Assembly: GCA_965248695.1 (NCBI GenBank)
Contig: CBDFKD010000002.1
Location: 3,648,001-3,712,000 of the forward strand
Length of the DNA stretch: 64,000 nt
Reading direction: 5' to 3'
Source of the DNA: Acidobacteriota bacterium
GTDB lineage: Bacteria; Acidobacteriota; UBA890; WLXD01
A model generated the notes under the pieces. It was not told the origin of the DNA. It ran no database searches and was given only the letters and a program-made list of their open reading frames with translations. Made by a program: the position numbers and the translations under genes. Positions 19,501 to 29,737 of this stretch are shown here, in pieces. Each line of letters starts with the position of its first letter. Within the stretch, counting starts at the first letter, position 1.

Positions 19501-20636
19501 TCAGGCCACCTGTGACCTGGGAGGCGCGATCTCGCGGTAGATGTCGACCGTCGCCGCGGCGGTGCGGTCCCAGTCGAGCTCGGCGGCGCGAGCGAGGCCG
19601 GCGCGGATTCGATCGGCGCGCCCCGAGCCGTCGTCCAGCAGCTGCCGCAGGGCGGCCGCGATCGAGCCGACGTTTAGCGGATCGAAATGGATTGCCGCCG
19701 TGTCGGTGAGCTCAAGCAGACTTGCCGTTGCCGAGCAGGCTACCGGGGCGCCGCATGCCATCGCCTCGAGCACCGGAAACGCGAATCCTTCCTCTATGGA
19801 TGGGTGCACATACCCGGCGGCGCCGGAATAGAGCGCCGGCAGGATCTCGTCCGCGACTCGACCGAGAACCCGGATATTTCGGAGACGCGCGCCGGTTGCG
19901 GCAGAGCGGATCGAGCGCCCATCGCGGTGCCTCGGCCCCGCCAGCACCAGGTGCGTCGCCCGCGGCGTGTCACCGGTCGCCCAGGCATCGACCAGACGCG
20001 CCAGGTTCTTGTGGGGCCGATCGCTACCCACGTGCAAGATGTACCGCGCGGGGAGGCGTAGATCGGCGAGAACTTCGCGGCTGGTTTCCGTATCCACTGG
20101 CCGGAATCCGGCGCCGGGAGCGCCAGGCGTCACACGGATCGGCGTCGTGGTGCGTGGAAACGCCGCCCGGATCTGTGCCCCGGCTGCCGCCGAGAGCGTC
20201 GCGACGGCGTCGGCGCGCGCGCCAGGGCCAGCCGTACGAGCTGTCGAAAGGCCGCCCGGCGCGGCGTTGACAGGCCGCCGTCCCGACGTAGCGGTATCAG
20301 GTCGTAGAGGTTCACGATCATGGGGCAGGGGAGGCGCATTGGCGCCAGCACGTACGGTGCGTGGAACACGTCGAGGCCCAGGCGGCGCGCCTGCCGTGGC
20401 AGCTCCAGCTGTTCAGCCACCGAGCGCACGCGTGCCCTTACCGGAACCGGAGACAGGGCTGAAGCGTGCCCATCGCACGCAAGTTGTGTGAACGGCAGGT
20501 CGGCGCGGTGGAACGCGTACACGCGCTCAATGCCCGGCTGTCGCGTCAGCGCCGGAATCAAGTTGGCGATGTAGCGTCCGATCCCGGGATAGCGCGGGTC
20601 GACGAAGCGCGCGTCGATGCCGACGCGAAGCGTCAT
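19501..20636 (-). pseudogene. Glycosyltransferase family 4, frameshifted at a (GC)5 run 20213-20222
   Basis: RVGIDAR...GIGRY in one frame; VGSDRPHKN, EEGFAFPVLEAMACG in the next. Confidence 0.8.
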
Positions 20637-20804
20637 CGCGCCCTGCCTCGCGTCCCCGCGGGCGGCGGCAGCGCTGCCGACCGGCCGGGGACTGAAAGCC
20701 CGGGTGCCGAAGACCAGCCGTGGCGTGCCTGAGTCTCGACCATGCGGCCAAGCCTAACAGGATCGTTGCACCGGTCTCAGGGGCCTCCCTGCTACGCTGT
20801 GGGC

Positions 20805-21743
20805 GTGCCTGCACAGCCGGTATTCCGACTCATCTGTCCGCGTTGTGGCGACCTTCTCCAGGCGCCGGTTGGAGAGACGCGGCGGTGCCCGCGAGAGAAT
20901 CGAGAGTGGCGCGCCGAGGCGGGTATTTGGCGCCTGCTCACCGACGCCGATCGCGCTCGTCACCAGTCCTTTCTGCGGCAGTACGAGCGCGTCCGCGAGA
21001 CCGAGGGCTGGGGCAGCGACGATCCCGCCTTCTATCGTGCCTTGCCGTTCGAGGATCGCTCCGGAAGGTACCCGGACGTATGGCGGATCCGAGCCCAGAG
21101 CTACCGTGCGCTCCACCGCCGCATCCTGCGGCGTATGGTCCGAGCGCATGGCCCTGAGTTACGGATTGTCGACCTGGGCGCCGGCAACGGCTGGCTCAGC
21201 CACCGGCTTGCCAACGCCGGACACCGAGTCGCCGCCCTCGACGTCAACACCGACGATCGCGATGGCCTCGGTGCGCTGGCCCGCTACGCCGAGCCGGGCA
21301 CCATCCTCAGCATCGAGGCCGGATTCGAGCATCTTCCGGTCGCCGACGACGAGGCCGATCTGCTGATCTTCAACGGTAGCTTCCATTACTCGGCCGACTA
21401 TCGAGCGACGCTTTCAGAGGCCCTGCGGGTGCTGCGTCTGGGTGGCAGAATCGTCCTGATGGACACGCCGTACTACCAGCGTGACGACGACGGCGCCCAG
21501 ATGCTCCAGGAGCAGCGTGAGGCAAGGCGCTCTGCCGGCGACGGCGCGGATTGGTTCACCGGCAAGGGGTTCCTGACCCCGGTTCGCCTGTCCGCCATCT
21601 GCTCCAGCCTGGACCTGGGAGCCCGAGTCATCAGGCCCCCAGCCGCCTGGCGAGCCGCTGTGGCCACGCTCAAGGCGCGAGCACTACGCCGTCGTGCCCG
21701 CGCCGCGTTTCCGCTCATCGAGCTGGCGCCGAAGCGCGCTTGA
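20805..21743 (+). CDS. Class I SAM-dependent methyltransferase with N-terminal CxxC module
   Basis: ICPRCG; VDLGAGNGW; FNGSFHY; LRVLRLGG; start uncertain. Confidence 0.85.
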   Translation: MPAQPVFRLICPRCGDLLQAPVGETRRCPRENREWRAEAGIWRLLTDADRARHQSFLRQYERVRETEGWGSDDPAFYRALPFEDRSGRYPDVWRIRAQSYRALHRRILRRMVRAHGPELRIVDLGAGNGWLSHRLANAGHRVAALDVNTDDRDGLGALARYAEPGTILSIEAGFEHLPVADDEADLLIFNGSFHYSADYRATLSEALRVLRLGGRIVLMDTPYYQRDDDGAQMLQEQREARRSAGDGADWFTGKGFLTPVRLSAICSSLDLGARVIRPPAAWRAAVATLKARALRRRARAAFPLIELAPKRA

Positions 21744-21782
21744 CGGCCTGTAGACCCTGTCGTACCGTCTCTTTTCTCTGGA

Positions 21783-21856
<74 letters not shown>

Positions 21857-22138
21857 CTCCGGTAAGTCCCGGTGGCTCAGCAACTTACATCCCCGTGCTG
21901 GCCACCGGGATTTACTGCGTCTGGCCCGAAATGCCACCTACATGCCGCGATTCGGCTCCTCTCGGGAACGGGCCCCGTTCCCTGCTTCACGGGAAGGCCA
22001 GCGTCATTCATTCGTACAGGGACCTGCCGATGGATCGGTAGCGTCGTAGCTCAGTCTCACGAAACGGCTTCTCCCGTGGACCCTCGCGTGCCCCAGCGAT
22101 AGGCTTCACGCGCCCACCCCACCCCGGCTGGCAGCGCT

Positions 22139-24285
22139 ATGGAACCCGGCACCCGATTAGGCCAGTACGAGATCCTCGACCGCCTCGGTGCAGGCGGAAT
22201 GGGCGAGGTATACCGCGCACGCGACACTAAGCTGAAGCGCGACGTGGCCCTCAAGCTCCTGCCCGAGGATTTGGCCACCGATTCCAAGCGGCTGGCGCGC
22301 CTGGAGCGCGAAGCCCAGATGCTCGCCGCCGTCAGCCACCCCGGTATCGCCACGATCCACAACCTCGATGATGCAGACGGGGTGCGATTCCTAGTTCTAG
22401 AGGTGGTTGAAGGACCCACCCTGGCAGAGCGACTCGAGGAAGGGCCGCTGTCGGTCGAGGCATCGCTCGAGGTAGGTCAGCAGATAGCCAAGGCGCTAGA
22501 GGTAGCCCACGAGCGGGGCATTATTCACCGCGACCTGAAGCCGGCGAACATCAAGTTCACCCGAGAAGGCCGGGTCAAGGTGCTGGACTTCGGTTTGGCC
22601 AAGGAGTTCGAGCACGCCGAGGGCGCGGACTTCACCGCAGCGGCCACGGAAGTCTCCGGCCTGACTATCCCCGGCACCCAGGTGGGTACAGCGCCGTACA
22701 TGAGCCCGGAGCAGGTTCGCGGCCAGAGCCTCGACAAACGCACCGATATCTGGGCCTTCGGCTGCGTTCTCTACGAGATGTTGACGGGCAGTAGAGCATT
22801 CAGCGCCGAGACGGTGCAGGACACGTTCAGTGCTGTGCTGGAGCATGAGCCCGCCTGGGAGGCACTGCCCAGCTCTACGCCGCTGACGATCAGCCTTCTG
22901 CTGCGTCGATGCCTACAGAAGGACCCCGAGCGCCGGCTCCATGACATCGCGGACGCTCGCATAGAGATTGAAGAGGCACCTTCGCTCGCCTCGGTGATGA
23001 TGCCGGGCGCTGCCGATCCATCGGCCCCGACCTCGTCCTGGCGCTGGATGGTCCCCTGGGCAGTCGCGGCGCTTGCCGTTGCCACCTTGATCATCCGTCC
23101 GCTTCTGCCGTCGACGACTGACACCGAAGTCAGCTCGCCAACCTACCTGGTGTTGGATGTGGAGCCGGGTCTCCGCCTATCGGGCCAGCATTACGTGGAG
23201 GATTTTGCGAACGAGGGTGCTCTACGGCCCACCCGGACAGCAATGGCCATTTCCCCGGACGGGCAGGATGTCGTCTATTGCGCCACCGACGGTGAACGGA
23301 ACTACCAGCTGTATCGTCGGCAGCTATCAGCGCCAACCGCTGTGCCGATGCCCGGTACCGAGGGTGGCTGCAACCCGTTCTTTTCGCCCGACGGAAGAGC
23401 GGTCGGGTTCTTTGTGCTCAAAGAACCGGGCTCGTTCGCGGTCGATCTGAAGGTCATCTCGGTCGAGGGTGGACAACCCCGTACCCTCGTTGAGGACGCC
23501 AGCAGCGGCTACGCAACCGGGGCAAGCTGGGGGTCTGAGGGAACCATCGTCTTTGCCGACAACGAGCAGTTATATCGCGTGCCTGCGGCGGGAGGATCCA
23601 AGCAGCCAACCGCGCAGCCCGACAACGAGAATGGTGAACAAACCTATAGCTTCCCACAACTGTTGCCGGGCGAGCAGGCGCTGGTCTTTAGCGTTTCCAA
23701 GCGCTTTAACGCCAGGGATTCCAGGGGAATCGTCGTCCTGTCGCTCAACAGTGGCGATCGAAAGACCTTGCTGACGAACGGCACGGATGCTCGCTACGTT
23801 TCGACCGGGCACCTTGTCTTCGTGAGAGAGGCAACGCTCATGGTGGTCCCGTTCGATCTGCAGCGCCTCGAGGTGGCCGGTGAGCCGATTCGTGTCCTCG
23901 AGAATGTCATGCAGGACCGCGGATTCGGTATCGGCGGTGCGGATACAGGTGCCGCGCAGTTCGCTGTATCCGACTCCGGGACGCTCGTGTACGTCCCCGG
24001 TGGAGTGGGCCTGAGCTCGGTCTCGATGGCCGTTGTGGATCAGCGCGGCAACGCACGGGACCTGGATGCGCTCCCCCCCGGCGGGAGCGGTCGGGTCTCG
24101 CCAGACGGCACGCAGCTTCTCTTCAGTGACGTATACACCAGCCAGGAGCAGGCCAATCTTTGGATGTATGACATCGAGCGCGCAACGTCCCGGGTCTTGG
24201 TCTCGGATCTGTGGGATGAGGACCCCATCTGGAGTCCCGACGGAACAAGAATCGCGTATAGCTCCAGGCAAGGGAGGGAGGGCAC
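22139..24285 (+). pseudogene. Ser/Thr kinase with TM and PD40/TolB-like propeller, truncated by IS
   Basis: GAGGMGEV, VALK, HRDLKPAN, DFG, GTAPYMSPE; SPDG repeats; IS end begins at 24286. Confidence 0.85.
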
Positions 24286-24602
24286 TGACCTGACCCCGCG
24301 GTTAGTACCATGTCTTATCTCAGTAACTCGGTGCTGACAAGAGGTTGTTGAGGCCGGCGAAGCGGAGCGCAGCCGGCTTCAACAACGTCGCTTCGGGTGC
24401 GGGCGGCCGATAGCTCAGCGAGCTGTGCGGTCGCATGCGGTTGTAGTGCTGACGCCATCTCTCGATCAGAACCTTTGCCTCCTTGAGCGTGTAGAAGATC
24501 TCTCCATCCAGCAGCTCGTCGCGTAGCTTGCCGTTGAAGCTCTCCACGTGGAGTTGATCCGCTTCCGTGGACACCTTATGGCTAACGCCAAAGGAGTCTG
24601 CG

Positions 24603-24917
24603 ATGCGAAGAACACGACCGCCTTATCCGCCGGAGTTTCGTCGGCAGATCGTCGAGCTAGCGCGGGCAGGACGCAGCGTGCAGGAGCTCGCCGAGGAGTT
24701 CGAGCCCTCGTACTGGACGATCCGTACATGGATCAAGCAGGCGGATCGAGATGACGGGCTTAGCGCGGCTGGCCTGAGTAGCCAGGACAAGGAAGAACTA
24801 CGGCGGCTACGCCGGGAAAACCGCCAGTTGAAGACGGAGCGGGAGATCCTGGCAAAAGCCGCGGCCTGGTTCGCTCGGGAGACCGGCGCAGTACCCAAGA
24901 AGTCTTCGGGTTCGTGA
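24603..24917 (+). CDS. IS3 transposase OrfA
   Basis: YPPEFRRQIV HTH; ELRRLRRENRQLKTEREIL coiled coil. Confidence 0.9.
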   Translation: MRRTRPPYPPEFRRQIVELARAGRSVQELAEEFEPSYWTIRTWIKQADRDDGLSAAGLSSQDKEELRRLRRENRQLKTEREILAKAAAWFARETGAVPKKSSGS

Positions 24918-25909
24918 GAGCTCACCAGGCCTGCTATCCGATCGCCACGATGTGCCGAGTGCTGGAGGTCTCCACCAGCGGCTACTACGCGTGGCGACAA
25001 CGCCCTAGCAGTATGCGAGCACGACAGGATGCACAGCTGCGTGAGCAGATCGAGACGATCCATCGACTTAGCCGTGCGACCTATGGCGTGCCTCGGGTAC
25101 ACGCGGAACTGGCCGCCGACGGCGTTCGGGTGGGGCGCAAACGCGTGGCACGGCTGATGAGCCAGGCGGGGCTGGAGGGTGTCAGCCGCCGCCGTCGGCT
25201 GCGCACGACGCGCCGCAGTACTGACGCGCAGCCGGTGCCCGATCTGGTGAAACGTGACTTCGCGGTCGGTGCACCCGATCGCCTGTGGGTTGCCGACATC
25301 ACGTACGTCTCTACGTGGTCGGGGTTCTTGTACCTGGCGGTGGTGATGGATGCCTTCAGCCGGCGGGTGGTGGGCTGGTCGATGGCCAACCACCTGCGTA
25401 CCGAACTGGTGCTTGAGGCGCTCAACATGGCGATCTGGCAACGCCGACCTGAGAGCGTGATCCACCACTCTGATCAGGGCACGCAATACACCTCGATCGC
25501 CTTCGGCCACCGCTGCAAGCAGCTCGGTGTACGTCCCTCGACCGGATCAGCTCGCGACTGCTACGACAACGCCATGGCCGAGAGCTTCTTCGCGACGCTA
25601 GAGACGGAGCTGCTATGGCGGCAGAGCTTCAAGAGCCAGGTCGAAGCCCGCATGGCCGTGTTCGAGTTCATCGAGGGGTTCTACAACCCACGACGGCGCC
25701 ACTCGGCGCTCGGAAACCAATCCCCAATCGCCTACGAGAGGAGCTACTCCGAGACCCCGTCACCGGCTGTGGAAACTGCCGTACCCATGCAGATCGCGCC
25801 GCGATCCGCACCGCCACTTGGAAGCCGCTCTGCGGCTCCCACGAGTTCCCACAGCACTACGACTACGGCCTCAAATCCAAGCGTTCAACTGTCCACCGAA
25901 ACGGGGTAA
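24914..25909 (+). CDS. IS3 transposase OrfB (DDE)
   Basis: WVADITY, HSDQGTQY, DNAMAESFF. Confidence 0.92.
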   Translation: MRAHQACYPIATMCRVLEVSTSGYYAWRQRPSSMRARQDAQLREQIETIHRLSRATYGVPRVHAELAADGVRVGRKRVARLMSQAGLEGVSRRRRLRTTRRSTDAQPVPDLVKRDFAVGAPDRLWVADITYVSTWSGFLYLAVVMDAFSRRVVGWSMANHLRTELVLEALNMAIWQRRPESVIHHSDQGTQYTSIAFGHRCKQLGVRPSTGSARDCYDNAMAESFFATLETELLWRQSFKSQVEARMAVFEFIEGFYNPRRRHSALGNQSPIAYERSYSETPSPAVETAVPMQIAPRSAPPLGSRSAAPTSSHSTTTTASNPSVQLSTETG

Positions 25910-26069
25910 CTCCAACCCAACCGTCGCCCCTCGAGCCAGCTCCACCTCAGCCTCCCGGAGCTTGCGTACGATCTGCTCGGCGCTGTGCCTCTTACTCGGC
26001 ATTCTGACCTCCCGTTCTTGACCCAGATCGTGAGATTACATCCGGATCCGTTTTCGGGGGTCAGGTCAG

Positions 26070-26786
26070 TATGACGAGGCCAAGGAGTTTCTGCGCACAG
26101 CAAACGTCGTGTCATCGGAGGACTTCGGTGTCGGTATTACCGGGATCAAGCGACTGGTGCTCGAGCGCGACGGCATGCGCGCGCGCGGAGCGTTTCACGA
26201 GATCGACAACGTGACGAGCAACTCCCGAGTGAACGGGCGCATGTTCCGTCGCTTCTACGACAGCTACAAGAACGAGTGCGCCGCCTACGAGCTAGCGCGC
26301 CTGTTCGAGCTCGACAACGTGCCGCCTACCGTGTGCCGCAGGGTCAACAACATCGACGGCAGCGTGCAGCTCTGGATGGAGGAAACGCGCAGCGAGACCG
26401 AGCGAATCGAGGCGGGATTGCGCCCGCCGGTGATAAACGCGTGGCTACGCCAGATCCAGGCCATGCGACTGTTCGACAGCTTGATCTTTAACGACGACCG
26501 GCTCCCAGGCAACTACCTCTACGACACCGATTGGAAGCTCTGGATGATCGATCACTCACGCGCATTCCAGATGCGCAGGGAGCTGCGGTACGGCGATGAA
26601 TTCGTCTGGTGCACTCGGCGCATGTGGCAGCTGCTCAACGAGGTAACCGATGACCAGATCCGCGCGGCGATCGACACCCATCTCGCTCCGGAGCAGCTGG
26701 GCGCGCTCCTGGCGCGGCGGGGACTGCTCGTTGAGCACATCCAGAAGATGATCGACGAGCGTGGCGAGGCCACCGTAATCCAGTAG
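26070..26786 (+). pseudogene. PI3/4-kinase-like domain, N-terminus cut off by IS
   Basis: ECAAYEL, VPPTV, GSVQLW, NDDRLPGN, MIDHSRAF; frame open back to the IS end (YDEAKEFLRTA). Confidence 0.65.
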
Positions 26787-26931
26787 CGATCAGGCTCGCT
26801 TGCCACCCCGCCGTCGGATCATCAACTGGTTCGACGAGCTGAAGCGGCTCGTGCCGACGGAGCCGTTGTGCCCTCGGCTGAGTCTCGCGAGCCTACTTGA
26901 ATCACGCTTCTTCGCTGGGTGCCACCCTGGG

Positions 26932-26971
26932 TGCAACTCTGTGCAAGTCGTGGCACCTGCACAGAGTTGCA
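26932..26971. repeat. Perfect 14-bp inverted repeat next to att scar
   Basis: TGCAACTCTGTGCA-N12-TGCACAGAGTTGCA. Confidence 0.85.
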
Positions 26972-27303
26972 TGGCCCATAAACGTTGGGGTTATTGGGGT
27001 TACAAGACCCCCCAACAAAACTCATAACCCGAAGGTCACAGGTTCAAATCCTGCCGCCGCTACTCCGGTAAGTCCCGGTGGCTCAGCAACTTACATTCCC
27101 CGTGCTGGTCACCGGGACTTACTACGTCTGGCCGAAATGCCACGTGCATGCCGCGGTTCGGCCCCTCTCGGGAATGGACGGCCACCTCACCTTGGTGACA
27201 ACACCGGTGCGCTGTGGGGAGATTGGCAGGGTTCTATTGACCTGACCCCCGAAAACGGATCCGGATGTAATCTCACGATCTGGGTCAAGAACGGGAGGTC
27301 AGA

Positions 27304-27582
27304 ATGCCGAGTAAGAGGCACAGCGCCGAGCAGATCGTACGCAAGCTCCGGGAGGCTGAGGTGGAGCTGGCTCGAGGGGCGACGGTCAAGGATGCCTGCC
27401 GCAAGCTAGCAATCACCGAGCACACCTACTACCGGTGGCGGCGAGAGTACGGCGGACTGAAGCTCAACCAGGCCAGAAAGCTCAAGCAACTGGAGAAGGA
27501 GAATGCCCGGCTCAAGAGGCTGGTGGCGGAAAAGGAACTCGACCTGTCGATCCTGAAGGAAGTGGCGGAGGGAAACTTCTGA
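27304..27582 (+). CDS. IS3 transposase OrfA
   Basis: HSAEQIVRKLREA, TYYRWRREYGG; G-GGA-AAC slippery site at 27570-27576. Confidence 0.92.
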   Translation: MPSKRHSAEQIVRKLREAEVELARGATVKDACRKLAITEHTYYRWRREYGGLKLNQARKLKQLEKENARLKRLVAEKELDLSILKEVAEGNF

Positions 27583-28463
27583 GCCCAGCTCGGCGGCGAG
27601 AGGCGGTGGCACATGTACGGGGGCGGCTGGGCGTCTCGGAGAGGCGGGCGTGTCGGGTACTGAAACAACCACGCACGACACACCGGTACGTGCCAAGAGA
27701 GCCGCAACAGGAGCAGATTTTGACGGAGCGGATCGTGGATTTAGCCCGACAGTACGGGCGCTACGGATATCGGAGGGTGACAGCGTTGCTGCGCATGGAG
27801 GGCTGGTCCGTGAACCACAAACGAGTGCAGCGTATCTGGCGGCGCGAAGGGCTGAAAGTACCGAGAAAACAGCCCAAACGAGCACGGCTGTGGCTGAGCG
27901 ATGGCTCCTGCATCCGGCTGCGCCCACAGCACCGGGATCATGTCTGGGCGTATGACTTCCTGCACCACCGGACGCACGACGGTCGGGCTATGAGGCTGCT
28001 GACGATCGTCGATGAGTACACACGAGAAAGCCTGGCGATCCATGTAGCACGGAAGCTCAACTCTGAGGACGTGCTGGAGCAGCTCGGGAGGTTGTTCGTA
28101 CACCGGGGCATACCTGAGCACATCCGGTCGGATAACGGACCAGAGTTCACCGCCGAGGCGGTTCGCGACTGGCTGGGCCGGTTGGGCGTGGGGACGCTGT
28201 TCATCGAGCCGGGCTCGCCGTGGGAGAACGGTTACGTGGAGAGCTTCAACGGCAAGCTACGCGACGAGCTGCTGGATGGAGAGATCTTCTACACGCTCAA
28301 GGAGGCAAAGGTTCTGATCGAGAGATGGCGTCAGCACTACAACCGCATGCGACCGCACAGCTCGCTGAGCTATCGGCCGCCCGCACCCGAAGCGACGTTG
28401 TTGAAGCCGGCTGCGCTCCGCTTCGCCGGCCTCAACAACCTCTTGTCAGCACCGAGTTACTGA
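27570..28463 (+). CDS. IS3 transposase OrfB (-1 frameshift fusion)
   Basis: YGYRRV, WAYDF, SDNGPEF, PWENGYVESFNG. Confidence 0.92.
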   Translation, partial: GKLLSPARRREAVAHVRGRLGVSERRACRVLKQPRTTHRYVPREPQQEQILTERIVDLARQYGRYGYRRVTALLRMEGWSVNHKRVQRIWRREGLKVPRKQPKRARLWLSDGSCIRLRPQHRDHVWAYDFLHHRTHDGRAMRLLTIVDEYTRESLAIHVARKLNSEDVLEQLGRLFVHRGIPEHIRSDNGPEFTAEAVRDWLGRLGVGTLFIEPGSPWENGYVESFNGKLRDELLDGEIFYTLKEAKVLIERWRQHYNRMRPHSSLSYRPPAPEATLLKPAALRFAGLNNLLSAPSY

Positions 28464-28503
28464 GATAAGACATGGTACTAACCGCGGGGTCAGGTCACTA
28501 TGC

Positions 28504-28550
28504 GCTGATTCGTAATCAGCAGGTCCGCGGTTCGAATCCGCGCGCCGGCT
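28504..28550 (+). other. 3' fragment of tRNA-Thr(CGT), att-like scar
   Basis: CTGA-TTCGTAA-TCAG anticodon arm plus CGCGGTTCGAATCCGCG T-arm; no 5' half nearby. Confidence 0.8.
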
Positions 28551-28869
28551 CTTTAATTTTGCGGATGACCGAGATCCAGAGTCACGCAGGAGTCATGCCC
28601 GGGTCGGTCTGGGGTCACGAGCTCGCCATCCCACATCCCCGCCGGAAGCCGCATCGTGCCACCCCACGTGGCCGCTGATTCGAGCGGCCGCGAGACGACC
28701 CCCGCCGACCGAGAACCGTGGCTCTGCGTCGTCTGCGGCTACATGAGATGGTGCGTCGTCGCGACATCCGACGACACCGGAACACAGGCCGACGAAGGGT
28801 CAGGCCTCTTGCCTAGGCCGCATGACTGAGTCTATCCGAGGGGCGGGTACTAACCGCGGGGTCAGGTCA

Positions 28870-29606
28870 CTATGGGTACCGGCGGATCACGGCGCTGTTG
28901 GTACGTGAGGGGTGGCGAGTGAATCACAAGAGGGTCGAACGGTTATGGCGTCGTGAGGGGCTGAAGGTACCGAAAAAGCAGCCCAAGCGCGGACGCTGGT
29001 GGCGCAATGATGGATCGTGCGTGCGGCTGCGGCCGGAGAGGAAAGATCACGTCTGGGCCTATGACTTCGTGCACGAACGAACTCACGACGGGCGAGCGTT
29101 TCGTCTACTGACGATCGTGGATGAGTACACGAGAGAGTGCTTGGCAATCGATGTAGCACGCAGGCTCAACTCCGAGAACGTGCTGGAGCGACTCGCTGAG
29201 CTGTTCGTGAACCGGGGTGTTGCCGATCACATCCGCTCCGACAACGGACCGGAGTTCACTTCTCGGGCAGTGCGTGAATGGCTCGAGCGAATCGGTGTGA
29301 AGACGCTGTTCATTGAGCCCGGATCGCCATGGGAAAACGGCTATGTGGAGAGCTTCAACGGCAAGCTCCGAGACGAGCTGCTGAACGGCGAGATCTTCTA
29401 CACGCTCAAGGAGGCGCAGTGCTTGGTGCACCGCTGGCGCCGCCAGTACAACCAGGTGCGGCCCCATAGCTCGTTGGGCTATCGACCGCCTGCACCCGAA
29501 GCGACGTTGTTGCAGCCGGCTACGCTCCGCTTCGCCAGCTCCAACAATCTCTTGCCAGTACCGATTCTATGAGTTACGAAGTGGCCCAAACACTTGGGGC
29601 AGGTCA
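28870..29606 (+). mobile_element. 5'-truncated IS3 element D (orfB remnant plus right IR)
   Basis: YGYRRITALL...WAYDF...SDNGPEF...WENGYVESFNG; ends TTGGGGCAGGTCA; diverged relative of element A. Confidence 0.88.
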
Positions 29607-29737
29607 CCTTCCTGAGAGCTTCAAATCCTAACTCTCAATCTGGCCCGATTATTGGGGGGCAGGTCAGCTAGCTTTGCTTCTGGAGGCTGCTGAGGTGGCT
29701 GGGGTAGAGCATCGGAAGCGGCAGCACGGCGCCCGTT

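Larger units (their letters stand above)
24549..25914 (+). mobile_element. IS3-family element C (1366 bp)
   Basis: Terminal IRs TGGAGTTGATCCGCTTCCGTGGACA / TGTCCACCGAAACGGGGTAACTCCA; orfA and orfB. Confidence 0.92.
24286..26068 (-). mobile_element. Defective copy of IS3 element A, centre replaced by IS3 element C
   Basis: 24286-24549 and 25920-26068 are reverse complements of the two ends of 27238-28497; ~847 bp missing; flanks GCAC/GTAT give no TSD. Confidence 0.9.
27238..28497 (+). mobile_element. Intact IS3-family element A (IS407-like, 1260 bp) with 4-bp TSD CTAT
   Basis: Ends TGACCTGACCCC...GGGGTCAGGTCA; CTAT at 27234-27237 and 28498-28501. Confidence 0.95.

Noticed and set aside
24286-28497. 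Composite transposon from two inverted element A copies
   Set aside because: The right copy has its own CTAT TSD and the outer flanks do not match
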